Positions 51,449 to 62,791 of a stretch of 64,000 nucleotides of DNA are shown piece after piece. Numbering within the stretch: position 1 is the first letter of the stretch; each line of letters starts with the position of its first letter. The DNA is from Cystobasidiomycetes sp. EMM_F5 (Eukaryota): the NCBI GenBank assembly GCA_051047955.1, contig JBPGPT010000036.1, positions 1 through 64,000 on the forward strand, given 5' to 3'. A model generated the notes under the pieces. The model was given only the letters and a program-made list of their open reading frames with translations. It searched no databases and had not been told where the DNA came from. The translations under genes and the position numbers were made by a program.

Positions 51449-52190
51449 ATGGGTAAAGGTGAGCATCTGGAGTACTATACGCCGCATTCGAACACTACTG
51501 ACCACTTGTTTCCATAGTCCACGGTTCCCTGGCTCGTGTAAGTCTGCAGTTTGAATGGTGGACGTGGGAGGCATTCTGGCGGGCTATCGACGACGACGAC
51601 GACGACGAGGTGTGGGAGTACAGGATATGCTAGCAGGCAGTGAAGGACGGAGATGCTGGAGACTCAGTATAACGCCAGGCAGAGGATTCGATACCCAAGC
51701 TCATCGATCATCGACATTCAGCAAGATATCGCCTTCAAGGCGTCGGCAGTATCAGCCTTTGCGTCCATCTGGAGCTGTCAAATGCGCAGGCTCCATGACC
51801 CTCGTCGATGTCTAGCCGACTTTCGTTCACGACTCGAAGGCTTTCACCGACAAAGTCTGCGCCCGCCAGAATGCCCTCGTCCGGCCGTTGCACGCGCAAG
51901 TCACACCAGACAGTTTCGCTAACCATTACATCCCGTCCACTTGTTTTGGTTAGGCCGGTAAAGTAAAGTCGCAAACACCCAAAGTCGAACCCGTCGAGGG
52001 CAAGAAGAAGCGTCTGCAAGGACGAGCAAAGAAGCGCGCAATCTACAAGAAGCGATTCGTAAATGTCACTTTGACTGGCGGAAAGAGGAGAATGAACCCT
52101 GCGTGAGCAGAACTCAACCATCAGAGTACTGCTGACCTTGGCTGATTCTCCTCGCAACTGACTCACAGACCACCCGGCAAGAGTGGATAA
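51449..52190 (+). CDS. RPS30: 40S ribosomal protein S30 (eS30), 4 exons; missed by the ORF track
   Basis: Spliced [66 protein letters not shown]. Confidence 0.97.
51589..51606 (+). repeat. (GAC)6 microsatellite in RPS30 intron 2
   Basis: Direct reading of the sequence. Confidence 0.9.
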
Positions 52191-52530
52191 GCGCACACTC
52201 GCACATCACCTCATCACCCGCTGTCCCCCTTGTCCTTGTCGCATCTTTTCTCTAGTCTTTTCTGGTGTCTTCTGTTCGTGTAGTCTGAGCGATGGAATAC
52301 TAAGAAACGGCAGAGGATTGGCGGCGACTTTGAATGAGTGAGAACGAGCAACCAGCCATCGTTAGCACTTTGCTTGATCCGAAGCCTTTCTAAATGTCAG
52401 GCTTGCCTGTGATGACGTCCATGCTAACGACGCGACGTCAAACGACAACGCGACCTGATTGTTATGACCAGATTCGTTTGGTTTCCTTCTTTCCTTCCTT
52501 CTCTCACACCAACCACTCATACCAATCACA

Positions 52531-53837
52531 ATGTCAGCCTGCATTCCTTCACTCATCTACCTACCCTTCGAAGTCAAAACAAACATTGTCAGATTCCTCG
52601 AACGCGCAGCACATGTACGCAGTCTCAGCCTCGTACACTCCTCCCTCACCGAAGAATGTCAAGCTCGCCTCTTTCGCAGAATCACGGTTCACGGATACTA
52701 TGGCATACTGCCGTCCATTCTCAAGAGCGGCGCACTCTTGTCTGTCGGAAAACACGTTCACGTTTTGCTCTTAGACTACAGTTCGTACTTGACGAGCTTC
52801 CAGCAGGAGACACATCCAAGCACAGTCAAGCGTAATGCCGTGTTTACTGACCGCAGTACAGACGCTTTTCCTGAACTTCTCCTCCTCCTCCCGCGTCTGC
52901 GTAAACTCAGCATCATATTTCCGGATGTGCCACTGACTGGCCGGGGAGAGGGAGAGAATAGGGCTGGAAAGAACACACAGCAGTGTGACAAGCTCTACAG
53001 GTGCATTATCGATTCGCTCTCAGTCCTAAGAATGCCTCTGCGCGTTTTCCACGTGAGATCAAATACACGTATTTACGACGAGCTTTTGTTTCCGTTCGTC
53101 TTGTCTGCAGTGCTAGCAGGGCATGTAACATTGGCACCCTTCTCACCACACGTTACACATCTGCATCTTCGTAGCTTGTCCTCTGCAGGCGAGAGGTCCG
53201 CACAGGAGGCCGCATTGGGGCTTTTCCTCGCAAGCATGCGGAAGCTCTTGAGTCTCAAGATCGAGTCGACACCACTGCCAGCACGCATTATTGCGTCAAA
53301 TCTTCCGCAACAGCTACAGGCGATCGAATTCGTCATCGAGGGCGGTTGTCGGCAAGTTCTGGGGTTTCTTCGTCGTTTGGCGACCACGCAACATCGCTTG
53401 AAGCACATGCGTCTCATCTCAGATTTCAGTGAAGCCAGGCCAATTGCTCCCAACACCAAGCCTGTAGTGCTAATGCATCTGGAGACGATGGTATTCGAGA
53501 TCACAGGCCCAGTTACCGTAGGCATCACTTCTCTGATTGCGTGTATCATCCCGGTTCAAGCGGATAACCTCAAACATCTGACAATCACCTTCAATGGGGG
53601 TGCCATGGTAGACGCCTTGGTTGCATTAAAAATTCGAGACGCGTTGCACCTAAAGACGGGTCTACCTGCACTCCAAGAAGTGAACCTCGTCGTGGAAACA
53701 AGCAATCCTTGACAGAGCATGGCGGAGTTTTCAACCTCTTGAATGCCGAAACAATGCAGCCTGTCACGTTACGAATCCGTAAAGATAAGCCAGCGCTGCC
53801 GTGGGAGTGCGCAAACGCATTATGGGATACTGTCTGA
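52531..53837 (+). CDS. Intronless F-box-like/LRR protein with apparent frameshift near 53700 (ORF stops at 53712; homologous tail continues in the -1 frame to 53837)
   Basis: LIYLPFEVKTNIVRFL..SLSLVH..CQARLFRRI. The -1 frame LTEH..LPWE matches LKEH..LPWE at the end of the 54254 paralog. Confidence 0.7.
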
Positions 53838-54253
53838 TCGCCGCTCCCAGCTGGTCAATCTCTGGATCTCGCTGCATAGCGCCACTACGGTATAATGGCA
53901 GCATTGTTTTATCATGAATTCCAATCAGCTTGCAACCAGCAAGTCAAGATACGGTAAAGAACGGATTTTTCGCGTTTCATGTTTCGTGCGGAGACGTGTC
54001 CATTTTCATTCAACCGAACCGAATAGCTTTTGCTTTGTAGAAGGTGATTGTTGTTTTCGCATAGTTCTACATTGCTCTGCTTTCAACTCGCGCAAGCAAG
54101 GTTGAAGATGTCTGACGAGTCTGACGACCGTTGCGATGTTGCAATACTGTACGCTTCCATCAAGATTGGCCTCCGACAAGATAAGAAACTGCCAACGTCC
54201 AGAAAGACTGACTATTCTGCCAGCCATTATCTACTTTATCGTTCTTCAAAGCA

Positions 54254-55741
54254 ATGGCACCGCGGGCGATGAGCCTCCTCGACCTGCACTTCGACATTAA
54301 AGCTCGCATCGTCGAAAACCTGGAGCCAAAGGACGTCAAATCCCTCAGTCTCGTTCACTCATCCTACCTGGATCCGTGTCGCAAGAAGCTCCAACTCAGA
54401 GTCGCCGTGTCAGACATCCCGACCGAAGACCTCGAAGTGTGCATATCGACGGGGAAATTTGCAAATGCTCGACACCTTCACCTCGACTATAATTGGCGCT
54501 ATCACATTACAGCATACGAAGGTATCGACCAGGATGACCTTACAGAGCTCTACAAGCGCGAGAAATTGCTGGCTACGTTTGCGAAGAGTCTCACTTGTCT
54601 CACGTCCGTTTACATTGAATTACCCTCGCCAGACAGCGCAGAGGAGGACGAGGTGGAGGACGAAGACACAGATGAATCCGGCTCCGTCTCTTCCACAGCT
54701 CCTGAGTCCTCAGCGTCTCCTGAAGTCGGCCCTGCTACATCATGCGACGGGAATAATGCTGCAGGTGGAGAAATCAGCAGCATCCATGACAACAGCTCGG
54801 ACGATAGCGAGACTGGAGGGTCCGAGATGTCCCCTCAGTTTGCTGAGATATTAATGCACAATGGAGAAGGCTTGAGATCGCTTTTCGAGGTACTAGGTAC
54901 ATCGACCACACTGCGCACCGTCGACATTGATTTTCAGCAATTCGACCATACTGAAAATGCAGATCAAGTCGAGTTTTGTCGCTTCGTCCTGCAACAGCTA
55001 CATTTACATTCCTGTATGTCCCATGTGACACACCTTTGCATAGAGAACCTTATCGCCGATCGACACGAGTCCATGCCCAGCCAATTGGCGCTTCTGCTGC
55101 GCGATGCAACGTGTCTCACAGCCGTACGACTGGTGGCTGTCGATTTTTGGGCCCACCAAATAGTTAAAAACATATCCGCAAACTTGGTCTCCCTGGAGTT
55201 ACTTAACACATCTGATCGATTCCAGCCTTACGTGATTCTTGAGACTCTGCAGAACATTCAACACCGCTTACCGCACCTGCGTATGTCGATAGCCCGCGGA
55301 GGAATATTGGCTACTGCTGTCAATCTGCCGTTCTTACAGACTCTCAGGCTGTACATTGGGAACGTGGATCAGGTCGAAGGTTTCCACCCAACCAACAACC
55401 TGAATAATCATATGGCATCGGTACGGAAGTTCCTACTACAGCTGAAGGCTCCTGCCCTAAAGCAGCTCTGGCTAGTCAGCTGGTCGGTATTTTCGGCGAA
55501 AAGCAACGCAGTACACCTGAAGCACTACAGGCGATTGTCGCGCACTGTGCTTACTTCGAACATCGCACCGGCACTTGAAAGGCTCACAATAGTCGACCGT
55601 CAACTGAAGGAGCACGAATGCACAGTAACGGACATTGAGACCGGTTCTGGGCAGACGGTCAAAGTCGAGATGGCGGCCAGCGTCAATTTCGACGAGCTTC
55701 CCTGGGAACTCGAGAGCAGCGGTGTCTACTGCTACAGATGA
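54254..55741 (+). CDS. Intronless F-box-like/LRR protein with acidic insertion
   Basis: LLDLHFDIKARIVENL..SLSLVH; RHLHLDY; VTHLCI; 495-aa uninterrupted ORF. Confidence 0.75.
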   Translation: MAPRAMSLLDLHFDIKARIVENLEPKDVKSLSLVHSSYLDPCRKKLQLRVAVSDIPTEDLEVCISTGKFANARHLHLDYNWRYHITAYEGIDQDDLTELYKREKLLATFAKSLTCLTSVYIELPSPDSAEEDEVEDEDTDESGSVSSTAPESSASPEVGPATSCDGNNAAGGEISSIHDNSSDDSETGGSEMSPQFAEILMHNGEGLRSLFEVLGTSTTLRTVDIDFQQFDHTENADQVEFCRFVLQQLHLHSCMSHVTHLCIENLIADRHESMPSQLALLLRDATCLTAVRLVAVDFWAHQIVKNISANLVSLELLNTSDRFQPYVILETLQNIQHRLPHLRMSIARGGILATAVNLPFLQTLRLYIGNVDQVEGFHPTNNLNNHMASVRKFLLQLKAPALKQLWLVSWSVFSAKSNAVHLKHYRRLSRTVLTSNIAPALERLTIVDRQLKEHECTVTDIETGSGQTVKVEMAASVNFDELPWELESSGVYCYR

Positions 55742-56192
55742 CAATTCTTAGCTACCCCAATGTCGTTTCTTACTTCGTATTTTGCATGTCATGTTGTATG
55801 CATGCGGAGACGCGTCCATTCTCAATCAACGGAAATGAAATAGCTTTTGCTTATAAGTTAGCAAGTATATGCCGTTTCCGTATAGATTTATGTACCACCC
55901 GCATGTCTCCGCTTGCGGGGAATAAATGAATCCTTGTTCGCATCAAAAGAGCTTCAGCTTTTTGCTTTGCGACCACCATGACGAGCTGTCTCTACGGAAA
56001 TCGCATTCGAATGCTCTGAAGACAAGTCGACACTTTACTTTGTCCGTCCTCTAACGTTGGACGTTCCAACAGCCAACAGCCATCTACAATATGGCTTCGA
56101 CCTGACTGAATCATGACCAGACACTCTGATATGTACTGACATGAAACATCCTGATACCAGCAGCAGTAACTGAACTCCTCACGGCTGCAATC

Positions 56193-57320
56193 ATGTCCGC
56201 AGCTTCCCTGACGTCGCTCCCCGTCGAAGTCAAGACTCGCATTGTTGACCTGCTCGACGACCCGTGGGACTTGCAGAGACTGTGTATGGTGCACCCTGCC
56301 CTCGTAGACGTGTGCCAGAGTCGTATATTTGCCTCGCTGGAGGTCGCCAGGATCCCAAACCGCCATCTGGACATGAACGCCTCTAGCACGCTCAGAAAGA
56401 TCAGTAAACACGTCCGACACCTGCATATCGACTACCACTACGACGCAAAGGTCCTGCTGGATGGGATGGAAGTGGGCAATGCGGCCTCGGCAGCTGAAAG
56501 GCGCAACCTATTTCTCGCCCAACTAGTGACCCAATTGCCTCGTCTCCGTAGTCTTGCAGTCGTGCTGCCCAACTTTGACCAGTCCGCTCATCTGTCAGAC
56601 TTTATTGCTTCCATCAGCAACATTTCCTGCCTGAGGTCCCTTGCAGTGTCGTTGAACACCATCCAACAGCAGCTACGATGCCTACATATCGATTTCCGGA
56701 ACATTGGTAGCGACGCCGACGATGCAGCTGCACTGTGGTCCCTGGAGCTACTCAGTGTGCTCAACGACCAAAGCTGTACGCGCCATCTCACTCATCTCTC
56801 GCTGAGTCGTTTGACAAGACCGGCAAAGTCGCAGAAGCGATTAAACTTGTTGTTCTTCAAGGTCCTCCACAGAGCAGCGTCGCTACAAGTCCTACGCTTG
56901 AATCAAGTCAGGTTACCCTTATATATACTCTGTCCATCGACCTGCTTAAAAACCTTCGAGATGTCTGACAACTCCTTGACCTATCGCGGCTCGGAAAGCC
57001 TTCTGCTCTGGCTGCTGTACTTGGCCAAGCATTACCCGGCACTACGGAATGCAAAGATCTGTGCAACATGTCTACGAATTCCTGGTGCAACAAATAGTGA
57101 GCAGAACATTGACGATGCAGACGCAAGCCCATTCCGTATCGTGTGCGATTCTTTGGAAAATCTGGTCATACAGCTCGTGGACGATGCCAAAACTATCTCG
57201 GCATGGGTCGACACAATCGAGATGGTCATGTCACTACTCCAGGCTGCAAAGCTGAAAAGCATTGCCTTCCTGTCTCCTCGAGACCCGGCATATATGCCCA
57301 CAGACCTGATGCAACAGTAA
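56193..57320 (+). CDS. Intronless F-box-like/LRR protein, probably truncated by a premature TAA
   Basis: LTSLPVEVKTRIVDLL..CQSRIF; RHLHIDY. The same frame after the stop reads SVPQLEVVVIADPRI, matching paralog GFPQLRSVMIVDSRL. Confidence 0.7.
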   Translation: MSAASLTSLPVEVKTRIVDLLDDPWDLQRLCMVHPALVDVCQSRIFASLEVARIPNRHLDMNASSTLRKISKHVRHLHIDYHYDAKVLLDGMEVGNAASAAERRNLFLAQLVTQLPRLRSLAVVLPNFDQSAHLSDFIASISNISCLRSLAVSLNTIQQQLRCLHIDFRNIGSDADDAAALWSLELLSVLNDQSCTRHLTHLSLSRLTRPAKSQKRLNLLFFKVLHRAASLQVLRLNQVRLPLYILCPSTCLKTFEMSDNSLTYRGSESLLLWLLYLAKHYPALRNAKICATCLRIPGATNSEQNIDDADASPFRIVCDSLENLVIQLVDDAKTISAWVDTIEMVMSLLQAAKLKSIAFLSPRDPAYMPTDLMQQ

Positions 57321-57726
57321 TATCGTATATACGACATCATTGCTAAAGCAGACAGCGTCCCGCAGCTTGAAGTGGTCGTTATAGCAGATCCAAGGATCCC
57401 CGTGTCGTCGACCGCCAAGTTAGCCAATTTCTCCCGCGGCAAGCTCAAGTCTCGTTACAGATTACCTTTACAAACGAGCTGCCAGTGTACCCTTGGCTGT
57501 TCTCACAACAAGCAATTCTCCCTTCCTCTTAGATTAGCTGCAAGCCTAATAAGATGCTCGCTCGGACATACAGCGATTGCCAGGCGATGGACATGTGGGT
57601 AAACAATATAGAATTACATCCCAGAATCTGGCTGATCTTTCATTTTATCGGAAAGTGCTTCTCAATAGCACGAGAATTTGTTACGAAACAACAACACAGA
57701 CTGTCGATAAGTGCAGAGTCCATCAA

Positions 57727-60044
57727 TCACAAAACGGCAGCCATTGCTGTCTGCAACCAGACTGGCACAAATGCTAGATAGAATGCCGAGAAGGCGGGTG
57801 CTTTACTGCTCGCAATTGCAAATTGCAGGGGATCGAGATACATGTACGCCATAGCAGCTGCAATTGCCGGCAATGCAGGTTTAATGTACCGTGTGGAGCT
57901 GGGACGGAGATAGACAGACACGAGGAGGGGTATACCTGCTGCCATTGCAAGCGCTGCGCCGAGTGCGTAGTTCAAGATTGTCGCGACTGAAATTAGCATG
58001 CCGGTCTCGAGCAGAGTGAATGCCAGTAATGCATTGTGGACATTTGAGAGCTGATTTGACGATGAGACGCCTATGATGGTCGCACAGAGGCCGAATACGG
58101 TCACCAGTGCGCTAATTGCGGACTGCAGACACGTAGTTTCAGTTAACAAAGCCAATGGCACAGGTTCAGTTGCTGACAGCACTTACCAGATTTTCACGAA
58201 CGTGAAGGGCTGTGGTGCCAGACAGGATGCACGCCGCCATGACAGCTAAAGCGGGCATTGCAGTATTTGAAGGAGCTCTACGCCATATCCGCAGACCAGC
58301 CATGGTCAAGCTTGCTCCGATGAGGATGGGTGCCGACAGGTAGCTAGCGACCGACAAGAAGTGGAAAGGCTCTGGCATGAGATACAGAAAGTATGATGCA
58401 TGTAAGCGTTCCAGCAGGTTATTCATGGATCGGAGTTGAGCTTCGGCGATTCTGTCCACACACAACTTAGCCTTGCTACAGGTACGTTGTCTCTCAAGCT
58501 CACCTCCCGAGTGCATAGAAGCCGTGCGGACCATCAGCAGGCACAGCAAACATGCCGACGGCATCAACTCCGTATCTGCAGGCAGGTGATTGTCAATACA
58601 GCTTCAACGCGTTCAAATGCATGAGCTCACTGTCCAAACAATCCTTCAGGACCGCTCGGCCGTGTCGAAGCTCCGTAGTCTAGCTGTCGCAATATGCCTT
58701 TTGCTCTTTCCCTGTACCGGACAAGCATATTCTCCGCTTCATTCAAGCCTTCGTACGTCTCGTTGTGTAAGCGAACGGGTACTCCTCCGACCCAGCGTGC
58801 GACATGAGCTGCCGAGTTGACGAGATCTTGGTTGGGCAATCTGCCATTGACGCCGTCTGCGACGATCAAAGATTCAATCAATCGGCGGACCAGCGAGAGA
58901 GACGAGGGTCGTACCGTAGTATAAGCCGAGGTGCGAGAATGAGTGATATGGATAGTCTAGTACTAGAGCCCCCCAGATTGAGCTACTCATAGCCCGCAGG
59001 CTTTCTGTTACTCCGTCTGTGCGCCAGACTCAGCTGCGTCTACATTGCAAGACAGTACCTCACTTACCTGAGTCGTTGTATTGGTAGTAGCTCCGGAGCC
59101 ACGCTTCTACGCCCTCAATATGGTGATCAGAAAAGAGTATGATGATATCCTTGCTCCACGCCGGTATGCCTATAGCGTGTGAGAGTATACGAATTAGACA
59201 CGTACTTTTGGACGGACTGCGGAATGACATTACGTTGTAGATGCTTTGCTAGCGTTAAGACTGTCGATACACCGCGAACGTTGGGTCTTCCGTCCTGACG
59301 GGACTGCCAAGGCGCACATAAAACGACCGCTTCAGAGCCATCCGTCTTGATTGCTCGAAGTGTAGTGTACAGATTTGTGCCGGCTACCTTGCCCTGGTTG
59401 AGAAATATCAGCAAATGTCGTTTGCAACAGGGTTTGCGAGACTACCTGATGGGTTTGGGTTGTGTATGTCTGCGTCAGCGGCTCGAAGCCCATGCGCGAC
59501 AACGAGTCCTCGAGGTATGCGAGGCGTCTGTAATGATATGCATCAGCGTGTAAGTACAATTAGCAGGATGATTGTCTACCTTTCAATTCCAGCATCGACC
59601 AATTCACCGAGCCTGTCTGCAAACCGGTCGGCTTCAGACACTTGTCCCCACGAAAAGAGGGTATTAACCTGGATGCAAGCTCAGCGATGGATTCAGAATA
59701 CGCAACATAAATCATTCGTCACACCTGTCCTGGCTGGACGGCATTCTCGTCGATATATGTCTTTCTGGCGAGCTGTGGGACAGGCAGCGGGAGTATGAGG
59801 AATTGGAGGAATCCAGCGACGGCGAGGAGGATTCTTTGTCAGTGCACGATATCGTTCGAGTAGATGAACCATCAGCCTGCGTTTCGAGCCACTCCTACAG
59901 ACCGTTTCCGACATACTCGACATATGGCACCGCGACGCCAGCTTTACGCAGCACGACTTGACGCCGTTTCGCTCGAGCTCTCGCAGACTCGCCGAGCGTC
60001 GCTGGGTGCTTCCATCTGGAGATGAGACGCTGCAGCAGGGTCAT
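57727..60044 (-). CDS. GAA1: GPI transamidase component Gaa1
   Basis: TYIDENAVQPGQ, DGSEAVVLCAPW, WSKDIIILFSD, GVNGRLPNQDL, LRSMNNLLERLHASYFLYL, C-terminal TM helices. Confidence 0.93.
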
Positions 60045-60324
60045 TGTGAGCTCATCGTCGTCCGGACTGCAAGCTCAAAAGGGTCGCATGAATAGACAAT
60101 ATCCTTGGGCGTTCAAAGCTAACACCGTTTCTGTTACATTGTGTGTATGGTAACGACTGCTAATGAATGTCCGCGGTGTGCTTGTTGCGTTTGCTGCTAC
60201 ACGAAATAGATGTATCGATACCAGACATGGTATTCTTTTTCACAAGACTCCCTCGACAGCTGCCAGAGCTGCGATTATGCTGAAAATATGAAGGGGACTG
60301 ACTGACATGACGATATGTGGTGAT

Positions 60325-61191
60325 TCAAGCTTGTCCTGCAGCGACCTGCTGAGCCATTTCATACACCTTTTCGACGAGAGAGATTGCGGGAATGTCGAGC
60401 AGATTCGAGTCTGCTGCAATGAGGGGAGTGGGGGAGACAGAAGACCTGCTGGATGTCCCACTGGCAGTTGCAGTCGGAACAAGTGGTCCAGGAGTACTGG
60501 AGTACAGGTTGTAATCAACCAAGGACTGGTTGCCTGAAGGAGGGTACCGATAAGAACTGTTGTAGCGTACTCCAAACGGCTGAATGACCTCGGAAGTAAT
60601 CTCTCCTGCGCCCGTATACTCGAGTACGGCGAATGCTGTACCAAAGCTTAGCGAGTCTGTCGCATCAAGCAGTCTACCCTACTCACTGTAGTTTCCCTGG
60701 GCAATGGACGAGTTTACTGATAATGTTGCATTGGTGATGAAGTAAGAGGTGTCGAAGATGAGCTTCTGAGCAATCTGTGCGAACATTGCGGAACCTGCGC
60801 GTCAGTTGGGCGTAATAAGCCGTCTCTATCGGTAGTTCTGACCGTGTAGTCTCCCGTAGTATTTCGCAGCAGCACTCTGACACTGCGTGGTTTGTTATTA
60901 GTATCCATAACGTATCCTTTAGCTACTCCAACCCACGTCGTATTGTCGAATCTTTCCCCGTTCGAGTATGAAAAGCGAAACGAGCCGGAGGTCGCATTTG
61001 TCATATTCAGAACGTAGCCAGACGGAGGTGCGATAATGTTGGAGACTGGAGTGAAGTACAACACAGCACTCAGCTGCAGCGATATCCGGTCAGCACGTAG
61101 TCCTACAATGCGGAGCTCTTCTGTCGGCGGACGGCATAGCGAGTGCGATACTGGCCATTGCTGCCACTTGGACGAATACTGCGCTGTGCAT
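60325..61191 (-). CDS. Hypothetical secreted protein (exon boundaries uncertain)
   Basis: Signal-like MHSAVFVQVAAMASIALA, a globular exon with N-glycosylation sequons, and a Ser/Thr/Pro-rich C-terminal part. Confidence 0.5.
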
Positions 61192-61463
61192 GGTGTGTTA
61201 TATATTACTCGAAGTGCTTGAAATGCTCGAATTGGTTGATTTATTGCTGTTCGACGTTTATTCCTGCTGCAATTTCGGCGACACCTGGCTGATATTTCTC
61301 CTTTCCTGCTCTCTATGTACGTATATGCAGACCTCTTGTGCTGATTTCGTGTCTTTTTCGATATCGCTTTTGTTGGAAGACCAAGAAGCAACGACGACGA
61401 CGAGGAAACGGGTCAATTCTGCACCAACTTCGAACAAACGACGACGAGCAACGCCAATGATTC

Positions 61464-62449
61464 ATGAAACGGCAGAGGGATGATGGGCAGGCAGCGAGTG
61501 GGGCAGGCAGTCTGGCTGGGAGCAGCAATAGCAATAGCAACAGCAATACAGACCCATCCAACAAACAACGAAAGGTTGGGACAAAACCGCTGGATGGCTT
61601 CTTTGGAGTAGGCCCGGCTAGGCGTCCAAAGGTATTGGGCGTGTCCGAGTGAGTGTGTCGCGTTTTCCCAAGTCTGACTCGCTAATGAGGTGTTCCTAAT
61701 AGCCCTCTGCGCGACAAAGACAGCCTGTTTATCGCATTCGCAACAACCGCAGAGTCGACAAACGATATCGAAAAGCTGCGAGATTGGGTGTCTGAAGTCG
61801 GAAACGCAGAGTACGGCGACAATGCCGCTCCTGCCAGTCACATCATGCACGCTGCCCGTTTATTGACCGTCAAGACTGGCAAGACGGGCAAGTATGTGTC
61901 AGACTTTGATGTGAGGCTCCATACAGAAGACGATGGCGAGTCGCGCGGCGGAAAAGCAGTCGGAGAAGCATTGGCTGCGGCGGATGCGGCCGACGTCGTG
62001 GTGGCCGTCAGTCGATGGTTTGGCGGTAGGCCTTTCTCATCAACACACCTCAATTTCCATTCACTCTGTCTATTCATTCAGGGAGCATGCTCGGCCCTCG
62101 CCGATTCGACGACATCAAAGAGGTAACCACTGAGGCTCTATACCGTCTGCGCGACGAGGAAGAGATACAGACGCTACGAGCAAGTCTGGTCGAGCGAGAT
62201 GCAGAGATTGACAGGCTACTCACCCAAGTCGCGCGGCTGGAAGGAACGCTATCGACCGTCCTGACGGCCCAAGCCAGTACGCCTACACAAGATTACTCGA
62301 GCTTAGATCTCGCCAAAGCAAAGCGGCTGCACCGCGCAAGGGAGCTGAGAGTGGTCAATCTCAAGGAGAAGCTGGCCAAGGTCGAGAAGGAGGCGGCAGA
62401 TGACCTCCCAGACTTGCCGGCATCCTCGGCGACGACGTCAGAGGTGTGA
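61464..62449 (+). CDS. IMPACT/YigZ (UPF0029) family protein with C-terminal coiled coil, no RWD domain
   Basis: DKDSLFIAFA, ASHIMHAAR, EDDGESRGG, VVVAVSRWFG-GSMLGPRRFDDI. Confidence 0.88.
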
Positions 62450-62791
62450 GGAAGTCTTAAGCGGCTCTGGATGGAACAAACGCTTTCGAGCGGCTTCAAG
62501 CATACACGCGTACACGCTGAAAGGAAGGAGATGTCTGCTGTGCTGCGCCAATACAATTCTTGAATGTTGATCGATGAGCTTGATTTAGACGTCGTCTTGT
62601 TTCTGCTTTTCTCTTCGACAACACCAACAACAACATCAGTATGACCACAACCATGCGTGCATAGTGCACAGTCTATGATATTGAGCTCGTTGAAGCTGCG
62701 CGAACAAAAGATACGGAAAAGAAGTAGCCATTCAGTGCAATTGAGCAATAAAGCAGCAGCTCCAGGCCTAGATGCTGGGCAGGATATCACA

